59,986 bases of DNA. Origin: a virus (Duplodnaviria > Caudoviricetes). The stretch spans positions 1 to 59,986 of IMG/VR virus record IMGVR_UViG_3300020474_000013, one strand, 5' to 3'. The position numbers were made by a program, and so were the translations under genes. Positions 48,298 through 56,479 of this stretch are shown here, one piece after another; within the stretch, counting starts at the first letter, position 1, and each line of letters begins with the position of its first letter. The notes under the pieces were generated by a model. That model worked only from the letters and a program-made list of their open reading frames with translations. It had not been told where the DNA came from and ran no database searches.

Positions 48298-48618
48298 TTG
48301 CTTATGTATGCGGTAATAAGACACACATATCATTTAGATATACCCGAGCCAAGCAATGTTTATTCAACTAAATCTAGTGCTAAATGGAAACATTTTGTAT
48401 GGATATTTGAAACTGAACTAGATGCTCTTGCCTTTGCCATATCACTTTTAGATGACCCTTTGATTATGTCTAATAAATGGTTGATTGAAAGTGCCATAAA
48501 GCAATTAGAAGAAGATAGGTATTATCAAGTTGGTAGAGAGTCTGTAGCTATTGCAGAAGTGCAAGATAGTCCGCAAGTTATTTATGAGGATGATAAAAAT
48601 GAAAAGTCTATTCATTAG
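48298..48618 (+). CDS. Hypothetical protein
   Basis: ~105 aa directly after a TTCACT-17-TATAAT promoter (48267-48295); probably leaderless from the ATG at 48304. Confidence 0.6.
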   Translation: MLMYAVIRHTYHLDIPEPSNVYSTKSSAKWKHFVWIFETELDALAFAISLLDDPLIMSNKWLIESAIKQLEEDRYYQVGRESVAIAEVQDSPQVIYEDDKNEKSIH

Positions 48619-48856
48619 ATGTTCAGAAGAAACCTACGAATTGGCACATTCCTTAGCTAAGAAAGAAAGTCGTTCACTAAACAAGCAAATTATTCATATG
48701 ATTCATAGTGAAGCTGACAAGAAAGATATTGAGGTAGAAGATAAACCTAGCGTTGCACAAAATGGTACAACATTACATCAATCTGAAACTACTTTTGAAT
48801 CTAAACTTGGCTTACAAGGGATTGTTGAAACAAGGAAACAGGATTCTTCTGACTAA
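48599..48856 (+). CDS. Arc-like ribbon-helix-helix DNA-binding protein
   Basis: MKSLFIRCSEETYELAHSLAKKESRSLNKQIIHMI; GAGG RBS. Confidence 0.85.
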   Translation: MKSLFIRCSEETYELAHSLAKKESRSLNKQIIHMIHSEADKKDIEVEDKPSVAQNGTTLHQSETTFESKLGLQGIVETRKQDSSD

Positions 48857-49340
48857 TATACCAAAAAGTTAGTAGTGCATTAGAACATTGTTGCATTACT
48901 AACTCCTTTGTTTCGCATATCTCTTTAGGATTATCTATCATAATCTTCCAAAAAACCTTTTCTTTATTGTGTCCACAATCATTCACTAACTTTTTCTGTA
49001 TTCTTGAAAGCATGACTGCCTTTGGTGGAGGCTGATTAAATCTATGACTGGTAAATATTTCTTTTCCCATCCCAGAAGCTCTCCCCAAAGCTCCACTTTT
49101 TGCTATTAATTCAAGGTATTTATTACAGACATTGTGTTGCTCTGCTGTAATTTTTTGCTGTAAGAAAGATTTATCTATGATGTGTTGGTCAAACACGATT
49201 GCCCTACCAACCTTGCTTTTACCTATTTTGGTTATTGCAACTTGGTTTCTGAAATGTAGATAAGGACTTCCTATATCATTAACTTGTAATGTTTCAGAAC
49301 TCCCAGTCAAAGTTATCTTCAACTTCTTCAATTTCTGCAT
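48801..49340 (-). CDS. Hypothetical protein downstream of the primase-helicase
   Basis: Up to 179 aa; start uncertain. Confidence 0.55.
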   Translation of the reverse strand: MQKLKKLKITLTGSSETLQVNDIGSPYLHFRNQVAITKIGKSKVGRAIVFDQHIIDKSFLQQKITAEQHNVCNKYLELIAKSGALGRASGMGKEIFTSHRFNQPPPKAVMLSRIQKKLVNDCGHNKEKVFWKIMIDNPKEICETKELVMQQCSNALLTFWYISQKNPVSLFQQSLVSQV

Positions 49341-51063
49341 ATCTCCCGTTGACTGGATTAAAGGTCATATTAACACTTCCTAACTTGCCTTGCCAACCCC
49401 ACCTAGCTTTCCAGTTATGTATTTCAACTCCCTCTTCTCCTCTGTAAACTGTTAATCCTGTATCAGCCTTACTAAACCAAGCATATGATTTAGCTACATC
49501 AACTCCTGTACATACATTCTTTTTGCCATCCCTAATAAATGGTTTAGTTGGATGTGCAACAAAGAACACTAATACATCGTGTTGCTTTGCGAACAGTTGC
49601 ACTTTCGTTAGCATTTCACTAACCATATCAGTTTCTAATCCTGTATGGTCTGTATGTATAAAGTTAAATGGGTCTATGACTAAAATCCTAACACCATATC
49701 TCATAACTGCACTTGCTCCTTTTTCAAGGATAGCTTCTATTGTTGGCAACCCGCCATCTTGATAGTCTTGAAATAGTATGTGTTCTCTTATCCAAGTTTC
49801 CGCAAAGTCTTTCTCCTCTTGTGTCATTCTTGCGTTAAACCCCTCAAAGAATGGCTTACCTACAAGGATTTGAGACAACTGTACTGCATGAAGTTGTACT
49901 GGTTTCTCAAACGAACAGAAACAAGTTTTCCAACCATTGTTCCTTGCAACATTGACTATTAGTTGGTCTATAAATGCTGACTTGCCATCCCCTGCATGAC
50001 CAGTACAAACAACTAAATTGCCTGTAGATAAAGTAAAGATTTCATCTACACTTGGATAGCCTGTAGATACACCACTAGGCATACCCTTATCATACAAACT
50101 TTGGAATTCATCTGCGTAATGCTCTAGGTTATTTAATCCATGTAAAGGAATAGGCTCTGCGTTAATGATTGAATCTCTTAGCTTTTCCGCTCCATATTTA
50201 ATTAATACATCGTTTGCATCCTTACAATCAAAGTTATTTACTCTATAACACCTAGCTTTGTTTAATCTTCTAGCTAATTCATCTGCTAGTATGTTTCCGT
50301 TTTCATCTGCATCTGTACATAAAATAACCCTTTCAACACCCTCAAACTTATCTCTATCGTTCCATACATACTTAAATCTTCCATCCTCACTTGGGTCTAT
50401 CTTGTTATCAGTAATCTTGTTTGGTGCACCATTTGGAACTGAATAACAATCTACATTCATTACATTCTCAAAGGCTGTCTTGATAGCCAATGTGTCCATT
50501 TCTCCCTCTGTTATGATGATTGTGCTTTCTAATGTTGGCAATTTGCTGTCATAAACCTGTTGTCCCCAAAGCTTTTGTGCGTTCCCATCCCACCAAAAAC
50601 TCTTTGTTCCGTTTGCACTCCTATACTTAACTGCTTCTACCTCCCCATCGCTGACGAAGGAAAAACCAATGACTGGTTTATTATTTTTTTCGGTCTGGAT
50701 GACTCCTGTGGTTTCCGAGGCTGTAATACTTATACCTCTTTCCTGCAACCAATCACTAGCTTTGCCATTAGGTATATTTTTTGGTGCTTCTACTGGTTTT
50801 TTTACTTCTTGTTTTACTACTTTCATTTTAAATTCCTCTCTCCTTGATACTAAGCCATTGATACCGCAATGATGACAATGATATATAACCTTATCAGACT
50901 CAATATTTACTGATAAAGGTTTGTCGTGTTTGTTTTTACTCCTCTCATTTTGGCATGAGGGACATGATATTTTGTGTTGACCAAGCTTCATTCCGCTTGT
51001 TCTTGATTGATTATTTATATGACTTAAAAAGTCTCTTTTATCCATTTCACTATTGACATACAT
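49294..51063 (-). CDS. DNA primase-helicase (T7 gp4/Twinkle-like)
   Basis: Zn finger CPSC...CHHC; TOPRIM TEGEMD, D.D..G, KDAND; helicase GHAGDGKS, LVIDPFN, VAHP. Confidence 0.93.
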   Translation of the reverse strand: MYVNSEMDKRDFLSHINNQSRTSGMKLGQHKISCPSCQNERSKNKHDKPLSVNIESDKVIYHCHHCGINGLVSRREEFKMKVVKQEVKKPVEAPKNIPNGKASDWLQERGISITASETTGVIQTEKNNKPVIGFSFVSDGEVEAVKYRSANGTKSFWWDGNAQKLWGQQVYDSKLPTLESTIIITEGEMDTLAIKTAFENVMNVDCYSVPNGAPNKITDNKIDPSEDGRFKYVWNDRDKFEGVERVILCTDADENGNILADELARRLNKARCYRVNNFDCKDANDVLIKYGAEKLRDSIINAEPIPLHGLNNLEHYADEFQSLYDKGMPSGVSTGYPSVDEIFTLSTGNLVVCTGHAGDGKSAFIDQLIVNVARNNGWKTCFCSFEKPVQLHAVQLSQILVGKPFFEGFNARMTQEEKDFAETWIREHILFQDYQDGGLPTIEAILEKGASAVMRYGVRILVIDPFNFIHTDHTGLETDMVSEMLTKVQLFAKQHDVLVFFVAHPTKPFIRDGKKNVCTGVDVAKSYAWFSKADTGLTVYRGEEGVEIHNWKARWGWQGKLGSVNMTFNPVNGRYAEIEEVEDNFDWEF

Positions 51064-51144
51064 TTAAACCTCCTTAAACTGTATATACTTGTATATACTT
51101 ACTATGTAGTAAATACTACTTAAAAATAAAAATACAGTAAGTAT

Positions 51145-51438
51145 CTACTTACTATATATACCAAAATACTTATCAACAATATCGCAGACATCTTCTGCAA
51201 GTCTCTTCTTAGATAATACTGGATAGGTATTTAATTCCTTAATTGCTTCCACAATGCCATCTGATTTGATGTCATTACGATTACACAAACTAGAAAAATC
51301 ATCAGACATAAAGTATAATAAAGCTTCGTTAGATAACTTAGGATGCTTACTAGCAACATCTCTAACAGCTTGTTTAACCACAAGACCATCTAAAGTTTTT
51401 TGGTCTGTATCTAAATTAATGTGGTCTGTCTGAAGCAT
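51145..51438 (-). CDS. Hypothetical protein, probably leaderless
   Basis: VVKQAVRD motif; a minus-strand TTGATA-17-TAATAT promoter ends 6 nt before the ATG. Confidence 0.6.
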   Translation of the reverse strand: MLQTDHINLDTDQKTLDGLVVKQAVRDVASKHPKLSNEALLYFMSDDFSSLCNRNDIKSDGIVEAIKELNTYPVLSKKRLAEDVCDIVDKYFGIYSK

Positions 51439-51444
51439 TAAAAT

Positions 51445-51488
51445 ATATTACACTAACCTATTGACATTATCAACACATCATCTACACT
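51445..51488. promoter_or_regulatory. Overlapping divergent sigma70 promoters
   Basis: Plus strand TTGACA-16-TACACT (51461-51488); minus strand TTGATA-17-TAATAT. Confidence 0.6.
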
Positions 51489-51495
51489 TACATAA

Positions 51496-51731
51496 GACAT
51501 CAAAGGATTGGACTACCTAAGAGTTTAAATTTGGTGTCGTAGGGTTAGCGGAAAATGTGGATAGCTATTAAAGTATAAATCCAGTTTGCTTGAAACAAAG
51601 CATATGAACAACGCCTTACTAGACTGATTTTTCCTCATGTGCGAGGGTGTTTCAATGTCGATAAATAACAAAACACAGCAATGCTAGAGTCGATTTTGCT
51701 AGTTTTAGAGACCTAAACCAGAAAACTAGCA
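51496..51731 (+). ncRNA. Candidate structured 5' leader RNA of the recombination operon
   Basis: Consecutive helices GACATCAAA/TTTGGTGTC, GTAGGGT/GCCTTAC, TGGAT/ATCCA, CCTC/GAGG, GTGTTT/AAACAC, TGCTAGTTTT/AAAACTAGCA. Confidence 0.45.
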
Positions 51732-51748
51732 TTTAGGAGGGAAAGCGT

Positions 51749-51907
51749 ATGACAACACTAGATGAAAAAGAGATTCTGCTACTGCAAATCTTGTTAGACA
51801 AAATCACACCACAACAAATGGCTCACATAAGAAATATGTTAAATGTGGACTTAAACTATGTAAAAGGTTTATCAACCAAATTAAACTTTTTACCAAAAGG
51901 AGGATAA
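51749..51907 (+). CDS. Hypothetical protein (52 aa, not in ORF track)
   Basis: AGGAGG RBS; stop abuts the next ATG. Confidence 0.6.
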   Translation: MTTLDEKEILLLQILLDKITPQQMAHIRNMLNVDLNYVKGLSTKLNFLPKGG

Positions 51908-52150
51908 ATGGAATTTGAAATTAAAGATGGCATCCCTATACCAAGACCAGTAGGAAAGCCTTTAAAGTATGACTTACCTTTAAAAGACATGGGTAAGGGT
52001 CAAAGTATAGAAATACTTCTAGCGAAGTCTAAGATAGCTTCTGAGGTAAAAATAATAAGAAACTACTGTTTAAGGTTTACACACAAAAATCCTAACTATA
52101 AGTTTACTGTAAGGCAGTTAGATGATGGAGTAGGCATATGGAGACTGTAA
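51908..52150 (+). CDS. Small putative DNA-binding protein
   Basis: IKDGIPIP...KY..PLKDM..GQS...FTVR....GVGIWR. Confidence 0.55.
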   Translation: MEFEIKDGIPIPRPVGKPLKYDLPLKDMGKGQSIEILLAKSKIASEVKIIRNYCLRFTHKNPNYKFTVRQLDDGVGIWRL

Positions 52151-52326
52151 GAGATTTAGAAGTTATAGAAGAACAACTAATCAAAGCAAAAAAAGTGCTT
52201 GATGAAAGTCAAGCAATGGTAAAGAAAATGCAGGACATAGTTTTCTGCATGGAAGTAGAAGCACAAGAGTTAAAAGAAGAAATAGAGTTTCGCCAAAATA
52301 TACTGGAAAGTGAAATACACCAATAG
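52138..52326 (+). CDS. Small coiled-coil hypothetical protein
   Basis: 62 aa. Confidence 0.5.
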   Translation: METVRDLEVIEEQLIKAKKVLDESQAMVKKMQDIVFCMEVEAQELKEEIEFRQNILESEIHQ

Positions 52327-53197
52327 ACATAACATACCGCAAGAGATAATTAATGCGGTACACAATGACAACTATAGCAGGGGAAAATCAACCATATCTG
52401 CTACTGGTTTGTTGCAACCACCAAGGATTAGATTGTTGGCACAAGAACATTACGACAAGCTTACGATAGATGTATCAGATGAAATATGGAAACTACTAGG
52501 ACAATCAGTCCATACCATATTAGAAAGAGCCAATGAAGATAACGAGGACACCATTACAGAACAAAGAATGTTTGCAACAGTAAAGGACTGGACTGTTAGT
52601 GGTCAGACAGACAGCATAGATGTTAAAAGTAAAACACTAAAGGATTACAAGGTAACTTCTGTTTGGTCTATTGTGTCTGCTTTGAAAGAGGGTAAAGCAG
52701 AATGGGAACAGCAACTTAATATCTATGCGTATCTCTACACCAAAAACACAGGAAAAACTATAGACCAGTTAAATATTATTGCGATAGCTCGGGACTGGAA
52801 CAAAAATCAGTATCTTCGTAGCGGTGGAGATTATCCGCCATCCCCAATTACAGTTTTAAATATAGATTTATGGAGTGATGAAGAGCAAGAAGCTTTCATC
52901 AATCAAAGAGTTTCGATTCATCAAGAAGCAGAAGTGGATTACCTTATCAATGATAAGCTTCCATTATGTACTGATGCAGAAAGGTGGAGAAGAAAAGATA
53001 CTTATCGTGTGGAAAAGAAAGGTAGAAAGAGTGCTGTTAGAGTGCTTGATACCCAAGAAGAAGCTGATAAGTATATAGGTGGTCATAAAGATAGTAAGTT
53101 GCTGAAAGTTGTAGAAGCTAAAGGCGAGTGCATTAGATGTGCTAACTATTGTGATGTGGCTGAATTTTGTAATCAATATAACGAGGAAAGCAAATGA
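52310..53197 (+). CDS. PD-(D/E)XK exonuclease
   Basis: SATGL, GQSVH, E...SGQTD...DYK, QLNIY, C-terminal RCANYCDVAEFC. Confidence 0.85.
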   Translation: MKYTNRHNIPQEIINAVHNDNYSRGKSTISATGLLQPPRIRLLAQEHYDKLTIDVSDEIWKLLGQSVHTILERANEDNEDTITEQRMFATVKDWTVSGQTDSIDVKSKTLKDYKVTSVWSIVSALKEGKAEWEQQLNIYAYLYTKNTGKTIDQLNIIAIARDWNKNQYLRSGGDYPPSPITVLNIDLWSDEEQEAFINQRVSIHQEAEVDYLINDKLPLCTDAERWRRKDTYRVEKKGRKSAVRVLDTQEEADKYIGGHKDSKLLKVVEAKGECIRCANYCDVAEFCNQYNEESK

Positions 53198-53472
53198 GTA
53201 TTGAAGTAAAAGAAAAAGTAAAACCTGCGTACATCGAGGCTAGATATAATGCGTATCTTAGTTGGGATTTAGAATCAGAAGGAATTGATTTAGATGATGT
53301 GAAATATTGGGATGTTCAAAGGGGACAACTTTATGTTCAATTTAAAAATGGCGAGCATAAATATATAGATAATTGGTCTGATGATAATGTTGACTATAAA
53401 CATGGTCTTGAAGATGTAAATCTCCTTGATGAAGATTGGAACATAATTAAAGGAGAAGAAGATGTCGAATAA
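53194..53472 (+). CDS. Hypothetical protein
   Basis: 92 aa, coupled. Confidence 0.55.
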   Translation: MSIEVKEKVKPAYIEARYNAYLSWDLESEGIDLDDVKYWDVQRGQLYVQFKNGEHKYIDNWSDDNVDYKHGLEDVNLLDEDWNIIKGEEDVE

Positions 53473-54166
53473 AGAACTTACTTATAAAGAAGTATGGGAC
53501 AAGCTATCTAAGATAGATTGTTCAGAAAAGATAGAAAAGAAAGGAAAATTAACTTATCTATCTTGGGCGTGGGCGTGGGGTATTCTACAAGAACACTATC
53601 CACAAGCACAATACTTATTCTATCAAGGCGAGGATGATGTGCCTTATGTCAGATATCCCGATGGAACTGGAGAGGTTAGATGTAGAATATCTATAGATAA
53701 CTTAACTAGAGAAATGACACTATGTGTTATGGACTTTAAAAACAATGCTGTTAAGAATCCTAATTCTTCACAAGTAAACAATTCTAAAATGCGTTGCTTA
53801 ACTAAGTGTTTGGCAATGTTTGGTTTAGGACATTATATCTATGCGGGAGAGGATTTGCCCGAAGATGTTGAAGATGAAATAGAAAACTTAGATGATGAAA
53901 CAGAATCTAAGGAAGAGCCAACACCAGTAGAAACTCCAACAGAAGATGTTGAAGTAGATAAAGGTTATGGAACAGAAGCTTGGGCGGAGTTATTTGTCAA
54001 AAGCTTTTTAGAGTTGGCAAAACTTAGCAAAACTAAAGATGCTATGACATCTTATTATAAAAATAACACTAAAGACTTAGCTACATTGAGGGATAACTTT
54101 CCTAAGATGAAAGCTGATTTGGATAGTGAACTTAAAACAATCGTAAGCAATCTAAAGGAGGATTAA
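53462..54166 (+). CDS. Single-strand annealing protein (Sak/DUF1071, Rad52-like)
   Basis: LTYLSWAWAW and RCLTKCLAMFGLGHYIYAGEDLP. Confidence 0.85.
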   Translation: MSNKELTYKEVWDKLSKIDCSEKIEKKGKLTYLSWAWAWGILQEHYPQAQYLFYQGEDDVPYVRYPDGTGEVRCRISIDNLTREMTLCVMDFKNNAVKNPNSSQVNNSKMRCLTKCLAMFGLGHYIYAGEDLPEDVEDEIENLDDETESKEEPTPVETPTEDVEVDKGYGTEAWAELFVKSFLELAKLSKTKDAMTSYYKNNTKDLATLRDNFPKMKADLDSELKTIVSNLKED

Positions 54167-54167
54167 T

Positions 54168-54479
54168 ATGTACGATAATAAAAACCAAAGTGATGGAGCA
54201 ATCTACACTAATAACTATAAACAGAATGATAAACAGCCCGATTGGACTGGTAAGGTAGAGATTAGTAGGGATATGCTTAAAGAGTTAGTAACCATCGTAA
54301 AAGAGGGTGGAAGCGGAGAACTAAGAGTGGCTTTATGGAATAGAACTTCTAAGAGTGGCAACGAATACAAGTATGCTAGGTTAGACATTCCGCAGAAGAA
54401 AGAAGAGCCTAAAGAAGAGCCAGTAAAAGATTCAAGCGATGATATTGAAAGCTTTACAGATGATGATATACCATTTTAA
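54168..54479 (+). CDS. Single-stranded DNA-binding protein
   Basis: KQPDWTG...ALW motif; acidic C-terminal DDDIPF. Confidence 0.75.
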   Translation: MYDNKNQSDGAIYTNNYKQNDKQPDWTGKVEISRDMLKELVTIVKEGGSGELRVALWNRTSKSGNEYKYARLDIPQKKEEPKEEPVKDSSDDIESFTDDDIPF

Positions 54480-54490
54480 AGGAGGGAGTA

Positions 54491-54646
54491 ATGAGTAAAT
54501 CAAAAACATTTAAGAAAGCGTTGGAAGATGCTTTGAAGAAAGAGGGAGTAAAAAATGAGTGGATGGAAAAACATCTGCTCATTGATTCACTAGATTTAGA
54601 TAAACCAAAGAAAAAAAAGAGGAGAGATAATCATGCCAAGATGTGA
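54491..54646 (+). CDS. Small hypothetical protein (51 aa, not in ORF track)
   Basis: GGAGG RBS; fills the gap between SSB and the next gene. Confidence 0.5.
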   Translation: MSKSKTFKKALEDALKKEGVKNEWMEKHLLIDSLDLDKPKKKKRRDNHAKM

Positions 54647-54866
54647 TAAATATACTTACGGCAAAGACTTGATGGTGAAGGTAGAAGAAAATATAGACGA
54701 GTATATATTTTTTGAATTCATGTCTGCGTACAAAACTTTGATGGAACAAGTTAAAAATGTCAAAGATGGTATGGGAACTACATCCCATGAACACCTTATG
54801 GACTATCTGTTTATGAAGATAGAAGATGAAAGACATGAACACTTTAAAAACAAGATGGGGGTTTAA
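54633..54866 (+). CDS. Hypothetical protein
   Basis: 77 aa, AGGAG RBS. Confidence 0.55.
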   Translation: MPRCDKYTYGKDLMVKVEENIDEYIFFEFMSAYKTLMEQVKNVKDGMGTTSHEHLMDYLFMKIEDERHEHFKNKMGV

Positions 54867-54952
54867 ATGGATAGAAGAAACATACCACCACACCTAAGAC
54901 ATCTATCTGATAAAAATCTAAGAGGATTGTTTTACTTATTTAGAGCAAGATA

Positions 54953-55291
54953 ATGGATGAACAGATAGAGAATTGGCAAGTACAAATAAGAAATGTCGCT
55001 CCTATGATGCAGAAAGCTGAATACGAATTGTTGAAGTCAGAAGCAGATGTTAAGAGAGTAATAGCTTTATGGAAAGCTGTTGCTCTTTCAGAGGGCATTA
55101 AAACTGCAAGTGGTCAAGATAACTTTGCAGAAAACAAAGAAGAAGTGTATCAATCTAGGTTAGCTGTAGCGGTTGCTAAAGGTCAACTAAGTGCAGTCAA
55201 GGTTGAGTTAAGAGCCTTAGAAGTAGGGTTTGAGGAATGGAGAACTAAGATGGTTAATGCTAGAGAAGAAAGAAAGAGATATGGAGCATGA
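54953..55291 (+). CDS. Coiled-coil hypothetical protein
   Basis: 112 aa; ...WRTKMVNAR C-terminal motif. Confidence 0.55.
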   Translation: MDEQIENWQVQIRNVAPMMQKAEYELLKSEADVKRVIALWKAVALSEGIKTASGQDNFAENKEEVYQSRLAVAVAKGQLSAVKVELRALEVGFEEWRTKMVNAREERKRYGA

Positions 55292-55372
55292 CAAAGGGTA
55301 GCAAACAAAGACCCTACGACAAAGATAAGTTTAACGAGAACTTTGAAAAGATATTTGGAGACAAGAGAAAGA

Positions 55373-55681
55373 ATGTCAATAAAGGGAAGAAAGCCAACAA
55401 AGAAAGAAGTTGAACACATGGACAAAGTAAGTCAGTTAGGTTGCATTGTTTGTAGGAATATGGGTTTGGGTATAACACCTGCTGAAATACACCACATAGA
55501 GGGTAAGACAAAGGCTGATTCACATTTTAAAGTATTACCCTTATGTTTTGGGCATCATAGAGAGGGCGGAAGATTTAGACCCTTTATTAGTAGACATCCA
55601 TACAAGAGAAGATTTGAAGATGCTTACGGAAGAGAAGCAGAGTTGTTAGAACAAGTTAATAAGTTGTTAGATGAAGATTGA
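55373..55681 (+). CDS. Ref-family (recombination enhancement) HNH-like nuclease
   Basis: GCIVC...AEIHH...VLPLC..HHR...FE.AYG.E.ELL. Confidence 0.75.
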   Translation: MSIKGRKPTKKEVEHMDKVSQLGCIVCRNMGLGITPAEIHHIEGKTKADSHFKVLPLCFGHHREGGRFRPFISRHPYKRRFEDAYGREAELLEQVNKLLDED

Positions 55682-56081
55682 TTTACCCTTAGAGGTTTAC
55701 TACACAAAGAATAAGAAGTTTATCCTTAACTTAAACAACTATCGTAATGCCCATTACAGAATACTATCTAATGCCAAGAAGATTTATGCAGACAATTTAG
55801 TTGATAGGATTAGTTATCCTACATATAAAGAGCCTGTTGTATTAATTTACACCTACTACGCAAAAAGCAGGAGAAGATTAGATGTGAGTAATCCTTGTTC
55901 TATTATTGACAAGTTTACTTGCGATGCTTTGGTAAAAGCGGGAGTCTTAGAGGATGATAGTAGTAAACAAATTAAACAAGTTATTTACAAATATGGGGGG
56001 ATTGATAAAAACAATCCTAGATGTGAGCTTGAAATCGCAGCGTCCCAGCAGCAAAAGAAATATTTACCAGTCAATGGTTAA
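55671..56081 (+). CDS. rusA: RusA-like Holliday junction resolvase
   Basis: RRRLDVSN...DALVKAGVLEDDS...NPRCEL. Confidence 0.8.
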   Translation: MKIDLPLEVYYTKNKKFILNLNNYRNAHYRILSNAKKIYADNLVDRISYPTYKEPVVLIYTYYAKSRRRLDVSNPCSIIDKFTCDALVKAGVLEDDSSKQIKQVIYKYGGIDKNNPRCELEIAASQQQKKYLPVNG

Positions 56082-56098
56082 TTCCAGGAATAGAGCAA

Positions 56099-56479
56099 AT
56101 GCTAAAAGATATACTACAAGAAAAATTAGATAAACGAAAAAGGAAATGGTGGGAGTGGCACAAAAAGAATCCACAAGTTTGGGATAAGTTTGAATCTTAT
56201 ACCTTAGAAGCTATCAATAGTGGTAGGAAAAAGTATTCGCATTGGGCGATAATCAATCGTATTCGTTGGCACAATGAGATAGAAACTAGAGGTGGGGACT
56301 TTAAGATAAGCAATGATTACATCTGTTTCTATGCCCGTTTATTCCATGCTAGACATCCACAATACAAAGACTTCTTTACATTGAAACCATTGAAAGAAGA
56401 AAAGGATATGGCTATGTTAGAGGTTAAGACTGAAAATAGGAATGTTAGCTTTCTTCCTCAGTTGAGGAACCATAGCTAG
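56099..56479 (+). CDS. Conserved phage hypothetical protein
   Basis: HKKNPQVW..F...IINRIRW...FKISNDY..FYARLF. Confidence 0.6.
   Translation: MLKDILQEKLDKRKRKWWEWHKKNPQVWDKFESYTLEAINSGRKKYSHWAIINRIRWHNEIETRGGDFKISNDYICFYARLFHARHPQYKDFFTLKPLKEEKDMAMLEVKTENRNVSFLPQLRNHS

Noticed and set aside
43274-51095. CTGG/CTGT half-sites as LexA (SOS) boxes
   Set aside because: None of those inspected completes CTG-N10-CAG
51700-51726. GTTTTAGAG...AAAAC resembling a type II CRISPR repeat
   Set aside because: Single short copy with no array or spacers; explained as a hairpin arm
52310-53197. Cas4 or CRISPR association
   Set aside because: No array or cas genes; the Sak/SSB context indicates a recombination exonuclease
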